This document shows positions 18,062-26,284 of a DNA stretch of 32,000 bases, piece after piece. Below the pieces are notes generated by a model, which had not been told where the DNA came from, ran no database searches, and saw only the letters and a list, made by a program, of their open reading frames with translations. Within the stretch, counting starts at the first letter, position 1. Each line of letters starts with the position of its first letter. The stretch comes from Archaeoglobus fulgidus DSM 4304 (GTDB lineage: Archaea > Halobacteriota > Archaeoglobi > Archaeoglobales > Archaeoglobaceae), in NCBI RefSeq assembly GCF_000008665.1, contig NC_000917.1:720001-752000 (forward strand), given 5' to 3'. The position numbers and the translations under genes are program-made.

Positions 18062-18070
18062 ATATAAGCT
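18062..18070 (-). promoter_or_regulatory. Probable TATA box for the substrate-binding protein gene
   Basis: Minus-strand AAAGCTTATATG about 35 nt upstream of the start codon, in an AT-rich intergenic region. Confidence 0.4.
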
Positions 18071-18173
18071 TTTCCTTTTTTGCGTAGTTTTATAATTCTT
18101 TATTTCACAATTTATTCAACAATTCACGATTCTCTTCAAACTATACTAATTATAAATTCACGACTAGAGAGAG

Positions 18174-18540
18174 GTGAATTACAAACTCTGGCAGCATGGA
18201 GTTGATCTCGAAGTTAGAAAGCAATACGTGAACGAAGTTAAGGGAATCCTGCTTCGGTTAAAGAACTCTCTGGAAAAGCCAGATTTAGAGAGTAACGAGG
18301 TTCTTTAAAAGGCACATGAAGAGCATTCTTTTGTTTGCTTACAAAAAGCTTGAAGGAATGACAATCCCATGGCACAACAACTGGTGGGGTGAGATAGCGA
18401 AGAGGGTGAAGAAGTGGACGTGTTGGAGCGAAGGAGGGGCAAAGAACCTGCTTAATTTGCTGCTTAAAAGGTACGCTGAGAGGAAGAAGTATGAGTCGTT
18501 TATTGGTGAGATGGTTGGGAAGGGTTATATGGTGGAGTGA
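18174..18540 (+). pseudogene. Frameshifted, transposase-like C-terminal remnant
   Basis: Frame 1 (18174-18308): VNYKLWQHGVDLEVRKQYVNEVKGILLRLKNSLEKPDLESNEVL*. It then continues in the next frame as RVTRFFKRHMKSILLFAYKKLEGMTIPWHNNWWGEIAKRVKKWTCWSEGGAKNLLNLLLKRYAE. The pattern resembles the NN-x-x-E / GAxNLL C-terminus of DDE transposases. Confidence 0.4.
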
Positions 18541-18580
18541 AATTCCAAGTATGATGAAACAGGGCAATTTTTTAAATCAG

Positions 18581-19132
18581 CTAGTCCTCTGCAACTTCGA
18601 CTAAAAGATCAGACAATTTTGTTCTTACCATCTCACTTCCATCGTAAAATTCAACAATCTCCTCTGATTTCCTAAACCTAGCAATCATGTCAGAAACGTC
18701 ATCCCCGAGCACCTTCAGTGCGAAGATTGCGTAGGCGATAAAGCTCGCGTCCCCTATCTCCTCAACCTTCTCTCTCAGCTTCTCCACCGGATTGGGGTAT
18801 GCATCCCTCACAATTTCAGCAGCCCTCCCGATCCCGTAGGCAACGTACTTCCTCTCCACCTCCCAGTCGTCGAGGAGCGAGACGTATTTGTTCTTAAAGC
18901 CCTCAAAAACCTCAGGATTGTTTCTGCCTATCTCCGCTATGCCGAGAGGCGCTCCGATGCAGTAAGCCCCGCTCTCATCGCTGAGGTGCCAGAAAAGCCT
19001 CAGGATGAAGTTCCTCGCCCCCTCTCCCTTAACCTTCCTGCCGAGAACTTCAGCAGCCTTGAACCTCAAAAGCTCGTCTGGGTGGTATAAAAAAGTTATA
19101 AGCTTTGAGGGCTTGAGCTCTTCGAGATTCAT
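18581..19132 (-). CDS. HEAT-repeat-like protein of unknown function (possibly the DVU0298-type family)
   Basis: Helical, repeat-like sequence: HPDELLRFKAAEVLGRKVKGEGARNFILRLFWHLSDESGAYCIGAPLGIAEIGRNNPEVF. Its start overlaps the flavin reductase stop by 4 nt. Confidence 0.65.
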   Translation of the reverse strand: MNLEELKPSKLITFLYHPDELLRFKAAEVLGRKVKGEGARNFILRLFWHLSDESGAYCIGAPLGIAEIGRNNPEVFEGFKNKYVSLLDDWEVERKYVAYGIGRAAEIVRDAYPNPVEKLREKVEEIGDASFIAYAIFALKVLGDDVSDMIARFRKSEEIVEFYDGSEMVRTKLSDLLVEVAED

Positions 19133-19638
19133 TTGCTCTCGAAGTAAACCGTTGCCGTTCTCGGCGTCTTACCCTTCTTCATGAGATGGTAGTCAGCGTA
19201 GGTAAGCACCTCTGCATCCTTCAATACCTCAGCATCAACAGCCTCCCCAACGAACAGCGTGTGGGTGCCGACGTCGCACTCCTTAACAACCTTTGCCTCT
19301 ATCACCGCCACAGCGTGCTGGGTTACGAGAGGCACTCCAGTCTTGCCCGTTTTGTACTCAACCCCATCAAACTTCTCAAACTCGCTGCTCTTCCTGAACC
19401 CAAATCTTCCTATGAACTCCATCGGTGTTTCGAGCTCAAGAACGCTGACACCAAAAGCCCCGCTCTCCTTTACGGCATTGTGGGTGTCGTTCTCCTTGTT
19501 CAGGCAAACGGCAATCTGCACGGGCTTGCTAGTGAGCTGAAAGACCGTGTTGGCTATCTGCCCGCATTTCCTGCCGTTGCTTTCAGAGGTGACAATGTAG
19601 AGTCCGTAACTGATTTTGTAAAAGGCCTCAACATCCAT
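19129..19638 (-). CDS. Flavin reductase-fold protein; matches the A. fulgidus ferric reductase FeR as I remember it
   Basis: 169 aa. MDVEAFYKISYGLYIVTSESNGRKCGQIANTVFQLTSKPVQIAVCLNKENDTHNAVKESGAFGVSVL is a typical FMN-binding split-barrel flavin reductase. Confidence 0.9.
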   Translation of the reverse strand: MDVEAFYKISYGLYIVTSESNGRKCGQIANTVFQLTSKPVQIAVCLNKENDTHNAVKESGAFGVSVLELETPMEFIGRFGFRKSSEFEKFDGVEYKTGKTGVPLVTQHAVAVIEAKVVKECDVGTHTLFVGEAVDAEVLKDAEVLTYADYHLMKKGKTPRTATVYFESK

Positions 19639-19653
19639 AAAACCACCAAAAAA

Positions 19654-20226
19654 TTAAAGGGAAAGCAAGTCTTCGGCTACGTAGTAAGCTTTGGGATGCC
19701 CGCAGCTCGGGCACTCCTCGGGCGGTTCAGTGCCGTAGTGGATGTATCCGCACTCAAGGCAGACCCACGCAATTTCCTTATCCCTCTTGAAGAAGGTTCC
19801 GTTCTCCACCTCAGCCAGCAGCCTGCGGTATCTCCTTTCATGGTGCTCCTCAGCCTTTCCTATGGCCCTTAATCTGTCTGCAATATCCTTAAAACCTTCC
19901 TTCTCCGCTTCATCGGCAAACTGCGGGTACATCTCAGAGTTCTCGTAGTGCTCCCCCTCTATGGCAGCCTTCAGGTTCTCAACTGTCGTGCCCCATACGA
20001 GCGGTGCCTCTGCCTCAACCTTGATTGCTGCATTATCTCCTCTGAGCTGCTGAATGAATTTCAGGAGGTTCTCTGCATGCTCCTTCTCGTTCTCAGCAGT
20101 CTCCAGAAAAACTCTCTGGATGAAAACGTAGCCCTCATCCTTCGCAACTTTGGCGTAGAAGGTGTAGCGGTTCCTCGCCATGCTCTCTCCAATGAAGGCC
20201 TTAACAAGATTTTCAAGCGTTCCCAT
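19654..20226 (-). CDS. Rubrerythrin
   Basis: Diiron motifs in ETAENEKEHAENL and AEEHHERRYRRLL; C-terminal rubredoxin-like CLECGY...CPSCG. The supplied ORF (to 20352) is N-terminally over-extended; MGTLENLVKAFIGESMARNRYTFYAKVA is the natural start. Confidence 0.95.
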   Translation of the reverse strand: MGTLENLVKAFIGESMARNRYTFYAKVAKDEGYVFIQRVFLETAENEKEHAENLLKFIQQLRGDNAAIKVEAEAPLVWGTTVENLKAAIEGEHYENSEMYPQFADEAEKEGFKDIADRLRAIGKAEEHHERRYRRLLAEVENGTFFKRDKEIAWVCLECGYIHYGTEPPEECPSCGHPKAYYVAEDLLSL

Positions 20227-20237
20227 ACTTTCACCTC

Positions 20238-20804
20238 CTAATAAGCCAGAATGTCCTTCGAGACGAAGTGGTAGTACATCGCCCCGCAGTTGGGGCAGAC
20301 CTTTGGCGGCTCCTTCCCTTTTTCGGTGTAGCCGCAAACGAGGCACATCCACTCAACCTCTTCGTCCCTCTTAAACATCTGGTCATTCTCAATCAGCTCC
20401 AAGAGCTTGGCAAACTTTCTCTGATGTGAGAATTCAACTTTGGTTAGAGCCCTAAACCTCTCTGCAACCTCTTTAAAACCCTCTTTTTCTGCAACCTCTG
20501 CGGTTGATGGGTAGAACTCCTCGGCCTCCCACTTCTCACCCTCAACCGCATACCTGAGGTTCTCAGCGGTGGTTCCAAACTTTATCGGAGCCTTCACCTC
20601 AACCTCAGACGGCTCGATATCGAGCTTCTTTATCAGGTTGGCGAAGATTTCAGCGTGCTTCTTCTCATTCTCAATTACCTCTCGGAAGTACTTCGCCACA
20701 TAGATGAACTTCTCGGCCTCAGCAATGCTTGAGTAAATCTGGTACCTGCTTATGGCCAGGCTCTCTCCGATGTAGCCCTTCAGGAGGTTCTTGGGCGTCT
20801 CCAT
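20238..20804 (-). CDS. Rubrerythrin-like protein (paralog of the adjacent gene)
   Basis: METPKNLLKGYIGESLAISRYQIYSSIAEAEKFIYVAKYFREVIENEKKHAEIF, KVEFSHQRKFAKLL, CLVCGY...CPNCG. Confidence 0.93.
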   Translation of the reverse strand: METPKNLLKGYIGESLAISRYQIYSSIAEAEKFIYVAKYFREVIENEKKHAEIFANLIKKLDIEPSEVEVKAPIKFGTTAENLRYAVEGEKWEAEEFYPSTAEVAEKEGFKEVAERFRALTKVEFSHQRKFAKLLELIENDQMFKRDEEVEWMCLVCGYTEKGKEPPKVCPNCGAMYYHFVSKDILAY

Positions 20805-20808
20805 GCTT

Positions 20809-21186
20809 TCACCCGCTCTGCCAGAGGCCGTGGATGTTGCAGTAAGCTCTGGCAGAGACCCTGTCTGACATCACCGTGAACTCCGCCTTTGGCTCGTCCC
20901 CCGGCTTCAGCTGCTTTCTGTGCACGCAGCCGTCATCAATTACCTCAATCCACTCGATGTAGTGCTGCTCCTCCATTGGATGGGCAACGCTTCCAACCTT
21001 CACGTAAACCTTGTTGCCCTCCCTCTCAATGACGGGGACGTGCTTCTCCTTGCCCTCATCGGTCGTCTTTACCTCCATCAGCTTCATCGGCTGCCCGCAG
21101 CAAACTAGCTGTCCCCTTCCGGCATGCACCACTTCCACAATATTTCCACAAACCATGCACTTATACACCTGCATAACTTCCGTCAC
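20809..21186 (-). CDS. Desulfoferrodoxin (superoxide reductase, 2Fe type)
   Basis: N-terminal desulforedoxin motif YKCMVCGN...LVCCGQPM; catalytic EKHVPV; SOR site [14 protein letters not shown] and CNIHGLW. Confidence 0.97.
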   Translation of the reverse strand: MTEVMQVYKCMVCGNIVEVVHAGRGQLVCCGQPMKLMEVKTTDEGKEKHVPVIEREGNKVYVKVGSVAHPMEEQHYIEWIEVIDDGCVHRKQLKPGDEPKAEFTVMSDRVSARAYCNIHGLWQSG

Positions 21187-21198
21187 AAAACCACCTCC

Positions 21199-21720
21199 TT
21201 ACTTCTCCTCCTCAGCTGGAGGAGTAAACTGCCTGAGAGAAAGCTCCTTATCAAGGAAAAGCAAAGCCCTTTTGTCCTCTCCAATCAACCTCAGCTTCTC
21301 CACAATGTCGAGGGCAGAGGCTTCCTCCTCAACCTGCTCCGCAACATACCACTGCAGGAAGTTGTAGGTTGCAAAGTCCTTTTCCTGCATTGCCATCTCA
21401 ACAAGCTCGTGAATTCTCTTCGTAACATTTACCTCATGCTCGTAAACGTGCTCAAAGGCTGCCAAAGGCGAATCCCACTCAGATGGTGGCTCCTCAACAG
21501 CGTAGAGCTTAACTCTCCCTCCCCTCTCACTGACAAAGTCAAACATCTTCATCGCATGCATCAGCTCCTCCTGCCACTGCACCCTCATCCAGTTTGAGAA
21601 GCCCTTAAGCCCGATGGAGTCGAAGTAAGAGGCCATGGAGAGGTAGAGGTATGCTGAGTAGATTTCAGCGTTTATCTGCCTGTTCAAAGCCTCAACCATT
21701 TTTTCAGAAATGGATGCCAT
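21199..21720 (-). CDS. Ferritin
   Basis: ALNRQINAEIYSAYLYLSMASYF, WQEELMHAMKMFDF, EHVYEHEVNVTKRIHELV, WYVAEQVEEEASA. Canonical ferroxidase ligands are present. Confidence 0.97.
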   Translation of the reverse strand: MASISEKMVEALNRQINAEIYSAYLYLSMASYFDSIGLKGFSNWMRVQWQEELMHAMKMFDFVSERGGRVKLYAVEEPPSEWDSPLAAFEHVYEHEVNVTKRIHELVEMAMQEKDFATYNFLQWYVAEQVEEEASALDIVEKLRLIGEDKRALLFLDKELSLRQFTPPAEEEK

Positions 21721-21848
21721 CTCACCACCTCATTCATTCATATTATTCGAGGTAACTTAAACCTTACTCGGTTTTTCCGTTGTAGGGAAAGAATGCTCTC
21801 GTAAATATAAGTTTTTTGTTCGAAAATAGAACTAAAACCTCTCAAGTG

Positions 21849-21886
21849 ATAGAAAAGGTCAGAGCCCCACATCACGGCTTTTCTAT
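21849..21886. repeat. Perfect 9-bp inverted repeat upstream of the ferritin gene
   Basis: ATAGAAAAG at 21849-21857 and its exact reverse complement CTTTTCTAT at 21878-21886, with a 20-nt spacer. Confidence 0.6.
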
Positions 21887-21933
21887 TCTTTTGATAAACC
21901 AGAATTGCCAAACAATACGAAGAATGCTTCAGC

Positions 21934-22290
21934 ATGGAAAAAATTAAAAAGTTTTTAATACAACTACTGAATATGAGGGCCCGCAACACCGTTGACATCA
22001 TCGCAAGTATTGTAGGAGCCGTTATTATAGCTGCGGCTATCTCAGCCCTTCTTTTTTCCATTGCGTCATTTCTTGGGTTTTACAGTAAAGACCTCAGTCC
22101 TCTTGTTTACTCAATCGTTTCCTTGGCGGTTATTCCTGTCTTAAGACGAAACGTGCCCAAAAAACCAATATTAAGCTTGCTGACAGCCTTCTCCATCCCA
22201 ATTCTCTTTCTGAGCGGGGTAGAGTGGTTGAAACTTGTGGCTTCGGTTTTGCTTGGTTATCTGGCGGCAAGCAGCCTTAAAGATTCGTGA
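21934..22290 (+). CDS. Small hypothetical membrane protein
   Basis: 118 aa with 3-4 hydrophobic segments (VDIIASIVGAVIIAAAISALLFSIASFLGF, ILSLLTAFSIPILFLSG). Confidence 0.65.
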   Translation: MEKIKKFLIQLLNMRARNTVDIIASIVGAVIIAAAISALLFSIASFLGFYSKDLSPLVYSIVSLAVIPVLRRNVPKKPILSLLTAFSIPILFLSGVEWLKLVASVLLGYLAASSLKDS

Positions 22291-22353
22291 TGTTCAACGA
22301 CCGCTTTTACTTGAGACGCTAACACTTTTATAAAACCGCAATCCAGAAGTGGT

Positions 22354-23388
22354 GTGCAGATTGTTGAGGAGAACCTGAGGGATAACGAGGGTGAGATAAA
22401 GCTAATCCCCGAAACGCTCGACGACCTCTGGCATCTCCGCTTCATAATCGAGAAGGGAGATGTGGTTTTCGCAACTACGAAAAGGGCGAGCCAGAGCAGC
22501 GACAAGCTGAGGAGCGATAAGGAGATGGTCACGGTGAGGCTCGGCATCGAGGTGGAGAAGGTGGAGTTTCACAGGTTCGCCAACCGTCTCAGGGTTTCTG
22601 GGAAGATAGTTGCCGGGATTGAGGAGTCCGGATACCACACTCTGAATATCACTGTGGGCAAGGAGCTGAGCATAATTAAAAAGTGGAAGCCAGAGCAGCT
22701 TGAAAGACTGAGGAGGGCCGTTGAGGATTCCAACCGCCCCGAAATCGTGATGCTGACCATTGAGGAAGGTTACGCTGTTGCAGGAGTTCTGAGGCAGTGG
22801 GGTGTTGAGGAGATTTTTGAGGAGAGGATGGGCTACGGAAAGGGTATGGGGGATAGCAGAAAAGAGTTCTTCGGAGAGGTTGCGGCAAAGCTTGAGAGCT
22901 TCGATTTTAAATACCTCATCGTTGCTGGACCGGGATTCGCCAAAAACGATTTTCTCGACTTTTTGAAGGAGAGGTATCCTGAGATGGCTAAGAATGCCGT
23001 TGTGGTGGACGTTTCCTCCGTCGGCTCAAGGGGCTTCATTGAAATTTTGAAGAGAAGGGTCGTTGACAAAATAGTTGGGGAAGTTAGACTTGCTGAGGAG
23101 GCGGAGTATATAGACAGGCTGCTTGAAGGGATAGCGAAGGGAGAGAGAGTCGCTTACGGTCTGGATGAGGTCAGGGAGGCGCACAATTACAGGGCGATTG
23201 AGGTTTTGCTCGTTGCGGATGAGTTTCTGCTTGAGGAGAGGGAGAAGTGGGATGTTGACGGACTGCTCAGGGAAGTTGAGGAGTCGGGCGGAAAGGTGGT
23301 GATAATGAGCACCGAATTCGAGCCGGGTAAGAGGCTGATGAGCCTCGGTGGAATAGCTGCCCTCCTGAGATTCAACGTAAAAGGTTAA
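22354..23388 (+). CDS. pelA: mRNA surveillance protein pelota
   Basis: EGEIKLIPETLDDLWHLRFIIEKGDVVFATTKR; VEFHRFANRLRVSGKI; VAGPGFAKNDFLDFLKE; VAYGLDEVREAHNYRAIEVLLVADE. Confidence 0.97.
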   Translation: MQIVEENLRDNEGEIKLIPETLDDLWHLRFIIEKGDVVFATTKRASQSSDKLRSDKEMVTVRLGIEVEKVEFHRFANRLRVSGKIVAGIEESGYHTLNITVGKELSIIKKWKPEQLERLRRAVEDSNRPEIVMLTIEEGYAVAGVLRQWGVEEIFEERMGYGKGMGDSRKEFFGEVAAKLESFDFKYLIVAGPGFAKNDFLDFLKERYPEMAKNAVVVDVSSVGSRGFIEILKRRVVDKIVGEVRLAEEAEYIDRLLEGIAKGERVAYGLDEVREAHNYRAIEVLLVADEFLLEEREKWDVDGLLREVEESGGKVVIMSTEFEPGKRLMSLGGIAALLRFNVKG

Positions 23389-23415
23389 ATAGAGAAGTTT
23401 GGGGAGAAAGAAGAT

Positions 23416-24726
23416 ATGCGAATCGTGATTGCTGGGGCGGGCGAGGTTGGATACCATCTGGCCATGTCACTCGCCCCAAACCACGATGTAATCATCATAG
23501 AAAAGGATGTTTCGAGATTTGAAAGAGTTTCGGAGCTTGATGTAGTGGCAATTAACGGTAATGCAGCCAATATGAAAGTACTAAGGGATGCGGGAGTCGA
23601 GAGGGCAGACGTTTTTCTGGCTGTGACTGGCAACGACGAGGTTAACCTCCTCTCGGGCCTTGCAGCCAAAAAGGTTGGGGCAAAAAATGTTATCGTGAGG
23701 GTTGAGAATCCGGAGTACGTTGACAGGCCGATTGTGAAGGAGCATCCGCTGGGGTATGACGTGCTTATCTGCCCTCAACTCTCTCTCGCGCAGGAGGCGG
23801 CGAGGCTCATAGGAATTCCGGGAGCGATTGAGGTAGTGACCTTCAGCGGTGGAAAGGTGGAAATGATCGAACTCCAGGTGATGGAGGGGTCGAAGGCCGA
23901 CGGCAAAGCCATTGCTGATCTCTACCTCCCGCAGAACGTGGTGATAGCCTCGATCTACCGGAACGGACACATAGAAATCCCTCGCGGAGATACGGTTTTG
24001 AGAGCTGGTGACAGGGTAGCGATCGTTAGCAAAACAGAGGACGTGGAGATGCTGAAGGGTATCTTCGGACCTCCAGTAACGAGGAGGGTGACAATCTTCG
24101 GCGCTGGTACGATTGGAAGCTACACAGCCAAAATCCTTGCTAAAGGTATGACCAGCGTCAAGCTGATTGAGTCGAGCATGGAGAGGTGCGAAGCTCTCAG
24201 CGGCGAGCTTGAGGGCGTGAGAATCGTGTGCGGAGATGCCACAGACATCGAATTTCTCATTGAAGAGGAAATAGGAAAGTCGGATGCGGTGTTAGCAGCA
24301 ACGGAGAGCGACGAGAAGAATCTCCTCATATCCCTGCTGTCGAAAAATCTGGGGGCTAGGATAGCGATAGCCAAGGTTGAGAAGAGGGAGTACGTGAAGC
24401 TTTTTGAAGCCGTTGGCGTTGATGTAGCCTTGAACCCCAGAAGCGTCACCTACAACGAGGTCTCCAAGCTCCTCAGGACGATGCGCATAGAGACTTTGGC
24501 AGAGATAGAGGGGACGGCGGTTGTGGAGGTTGTTGTGAGAAATACAAGACTCGTTGGAAAAGCTCTGAAGGATCTGCCCCTCCCAAAGGACGCCATAATC
24601 GGCGCTATAGTCAGGGGGAACGAGTGCCTGATTCCGAGGGGGGACACCACAATAGAGTACGAGGACAGGCTGCTTGTATTCGCGAAATGGGATGAGATCG
24701 AGAAGATAGAGGAGATATTCAGATGA
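23416..24726 (+). CDS. trkA: Trk potassium uptake system regulatory protein TrkA (duplicated RCK domains)
   Basis: Two Rossmann NAD-binding motifs, MRIVIAGAGEVGYHLA and VTIFGAGTIGSYTA, each followed by RCK-C-like domains. Confidence 0.95.
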   Translation: MRIVIAGAGEVGYHLAMSLAPNHDVIIIEKDVSRFERVSELDVVAINGNAANMKVLRDAGVERADVFLAVTGNDEVNLLSGLAAKKVGAKNVIVRVENPEYVDRPIVKEHPLGYDVLICPQLSLAQEAARLIGIPGAIEVVTFSGGKVEMIELQVMEGSKADGKAIADLYLPQNVVIASIYRNGHIEIPRGDTVLRAGDRVAIVSKTEDVEMLKGIFGPPVTRRVTIFGAGTIGSYTAKILAKGMTSVKLIESSMERCEALSGELEGVRIVCGDATDIEFLIEEEIGKSDAVLAATESDEKNLLISLLSKNLGARIAIAKVEKREYVKLFEAVGVDVALNPRSVTYNEVSKLLRTMRIETLAEIEGTAVVEVVVRNTRLVGKALKDLPLPKDAIIGAIVRGNECLIPRGDTTIEYEDRLLVFAKWDEIEKIEEIFR

Positions 24727-26159
24727 ATCTCAGATTAACCGCCAGCATACTTGGAAAACTGCTCATGCTGTTCTCCTTCTCCTTCATACTTCCCCTGATA
24801 GCCGCCCACGTTTTCGAGGAGCCTTATCATCCCTTCCTGATTCCTGCCGCGCTCTCCCTCCTTGTAGGGGCAGTTCTGGGGTACGGAATTAAAACTGAGA
24901 GCGAATTCGATTCTCTGAGGCACAAGGAGAGCTTCGCAATAGTTGCGCTAATCTGGCTTTTCATGTCAATCTTTGGCTCAATTCCGTACATCATTTTCGG
25001 AATCAGTCCCGTCGATGCATTCTTTGAGTCCATGTCCGGCTTTACCACGACCGGCGCATCGGTCCTGACTCCTGAGGAGCTTCCAAAGTCTTTGCTTTTG
25101 TGGAGAAGTCTAACGCAGTGGATAGGGGGAATGGGCATAATCGTTCTTTTTCTGGCCATATTCCCAAACGTGGCGAAAAGAAGCACAGTGCTGTTTCAGG
25201 CGGAGTATCCCGGAGTGAGCCTTTCGAAGCTCAAGCCGAGAATCAGGGATACGGCATTATCCCTCTACAAGGTTTACCTCCTTCTCACCATTGCCGAAGT
25301 AGCCTTGCTGTACGCTCTTGGCCTCTCTCTGTTCGACGCAATCAACCACACTTTCACGACGCTCTCAACGGGCGGCTACTCAACGCACTCAGAGAGCATA
25401 GCCTTTTTTAAAGACGTTAGAGTGGAGGCGGTTGTAGCCTTTTTTGCCTTCTTGGGCGGGGCGAACTTCGCATTGATTTACTTTCTGCTCTCCGGAAAGC
25501 CCGTGATTTTTAGAAATACCGAGTTTAGGGCTTACGTCTGCTTCCTCGCCTTGGCTTCGGTTGTTATAGCAGCTGTCAACCTCGACAGATACAGCATCTT
25601 TGAATCGCTCAGGTACTCGATATTCCAGGCCGTTTCAATCATGACCACCACCGGCTTCACCACGGCAGACTTTGATGCGTGGAGCGACTCCGCCAAGCTC
25701 ATTCTGGTAGTTCTCATGTTCATCGGAGGGTCAAGCGGCTCAACAGGAGGAGGGATTAAGGTCATAAGAATCTACCTTTTAATCAAGTACGCTGTTCACC
25801 AGATTTTGAGGGCTGCTGAACCTAGGACAGTGAGGGCAGTGAAATTTGAGGGAAGGGCAATTAAAAAGGAAATCCTCGACGACATCGCTGCCTTCTTCGT
25901 TCTTTACATTTTGATTTTTGCCGTTTCGTCAATTTTAGTCTCCCTCTCCGGATACGACATAGTAACCTCAATCTCAGCTACCGCAGCAACTCTTGGAAAT
26001 GTCGGACCCGGACTTGGACTAGCGGGGGCGGCGGAGAACTACGCGTCGTTTCCCTCTCTAACCAAAATTCTGCTTGCCGTCAATATGTGGATAGGCAGAT
26101 TGGAAATCTTCACGGTTGTGTCTCTATTCATACCAACCTTCTGGAGAGAAAGGTGGTAA
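24723..26159 (+). CDS. trkH: Trk potassium transporter membrane subunit TrkH
   Basis: FESMSGFTTTGASVLT, WRSLTQWIGGMGIIVLFLAIFP, TLSTGGYSTH, MTTTGFTTADFDAW, IGGSSGSTGGGIKVIR. 4-nt overlap with trkA. Confidence 0.96.
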   Translation: MNLRLTASILGKLLMLFSFSFILPLIAAHVFEEPYHPFLIPAALSLLVGAVLGYGIKTESEFDSLRHKESFAIVALIWLFMSIFGSIPYIIFGISPVDAFFESMSGFTTTGASVLTPEELPKSLLLWRSLTQWIGGMGIIVLFLAIFPNVAKRSTVLFQAEYPGVSLSKLKPRIRDTALSLYKVYLLLTIAEVALLYALGLSLFDAINHTFTTLSTGGYSTHSESIAFFKDVRVEAVVAFFAFLGGANFALIYFLLSGKPVIFRNTEFRAYVCFLALASVVIAAVNLDRYSIFESLRYSIFQAVSIMTTTGFTTADFDAWSDSAKLILVVLMFIGGSSGSTGGGIKVIRIYLLIKYAVHQILRAAEPRTVRAVKFEGRAIKKEILDDIAAFFVLYILIFAVSSILVSLSGYDIVTSISATAATLGNVGPGLGLAGAAENYASFPSLTKILLAVNMWIGRLEIFTVVSLFIPTFWRERW

Positions 26160-26284
26160 AGGAATGTGGTAGCAATAAACTTGCAATTAAGTTTACCATT
26201 AGTCGGAAATAAAAGAAGGAATTTTTTATTCTGATGTGCTACTAGAAGAGAAAAGTTTTTAAAAAATACTTATCACCTTCTATC

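Noticed and set aside
19186-19872. 228-codon plus-strand ORF spanning the flavin reductase and rubrerythrin region
   Set aside because: It is antisense to two strongly supported genes and its translation has no recognisable domain. Long antisense frames are common opposite codon-biased genes.
20227-20352. N-terminal extension of rubrerythrin (MDVPRLRLHRKREGAAKG...)
   Set aside because: It overlaps the upstream rubrerythrin paralog's C-terminus in another frame. The homologous start is MGTLENLVKAF at 20226.
21738-22061. Minus-strand 107-codon ORF near the ferritin promoter
   Set aside because: It is antisense to the membrane protein and passes through the promoter and inverted-repeat region. 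It shows no protein-like features.
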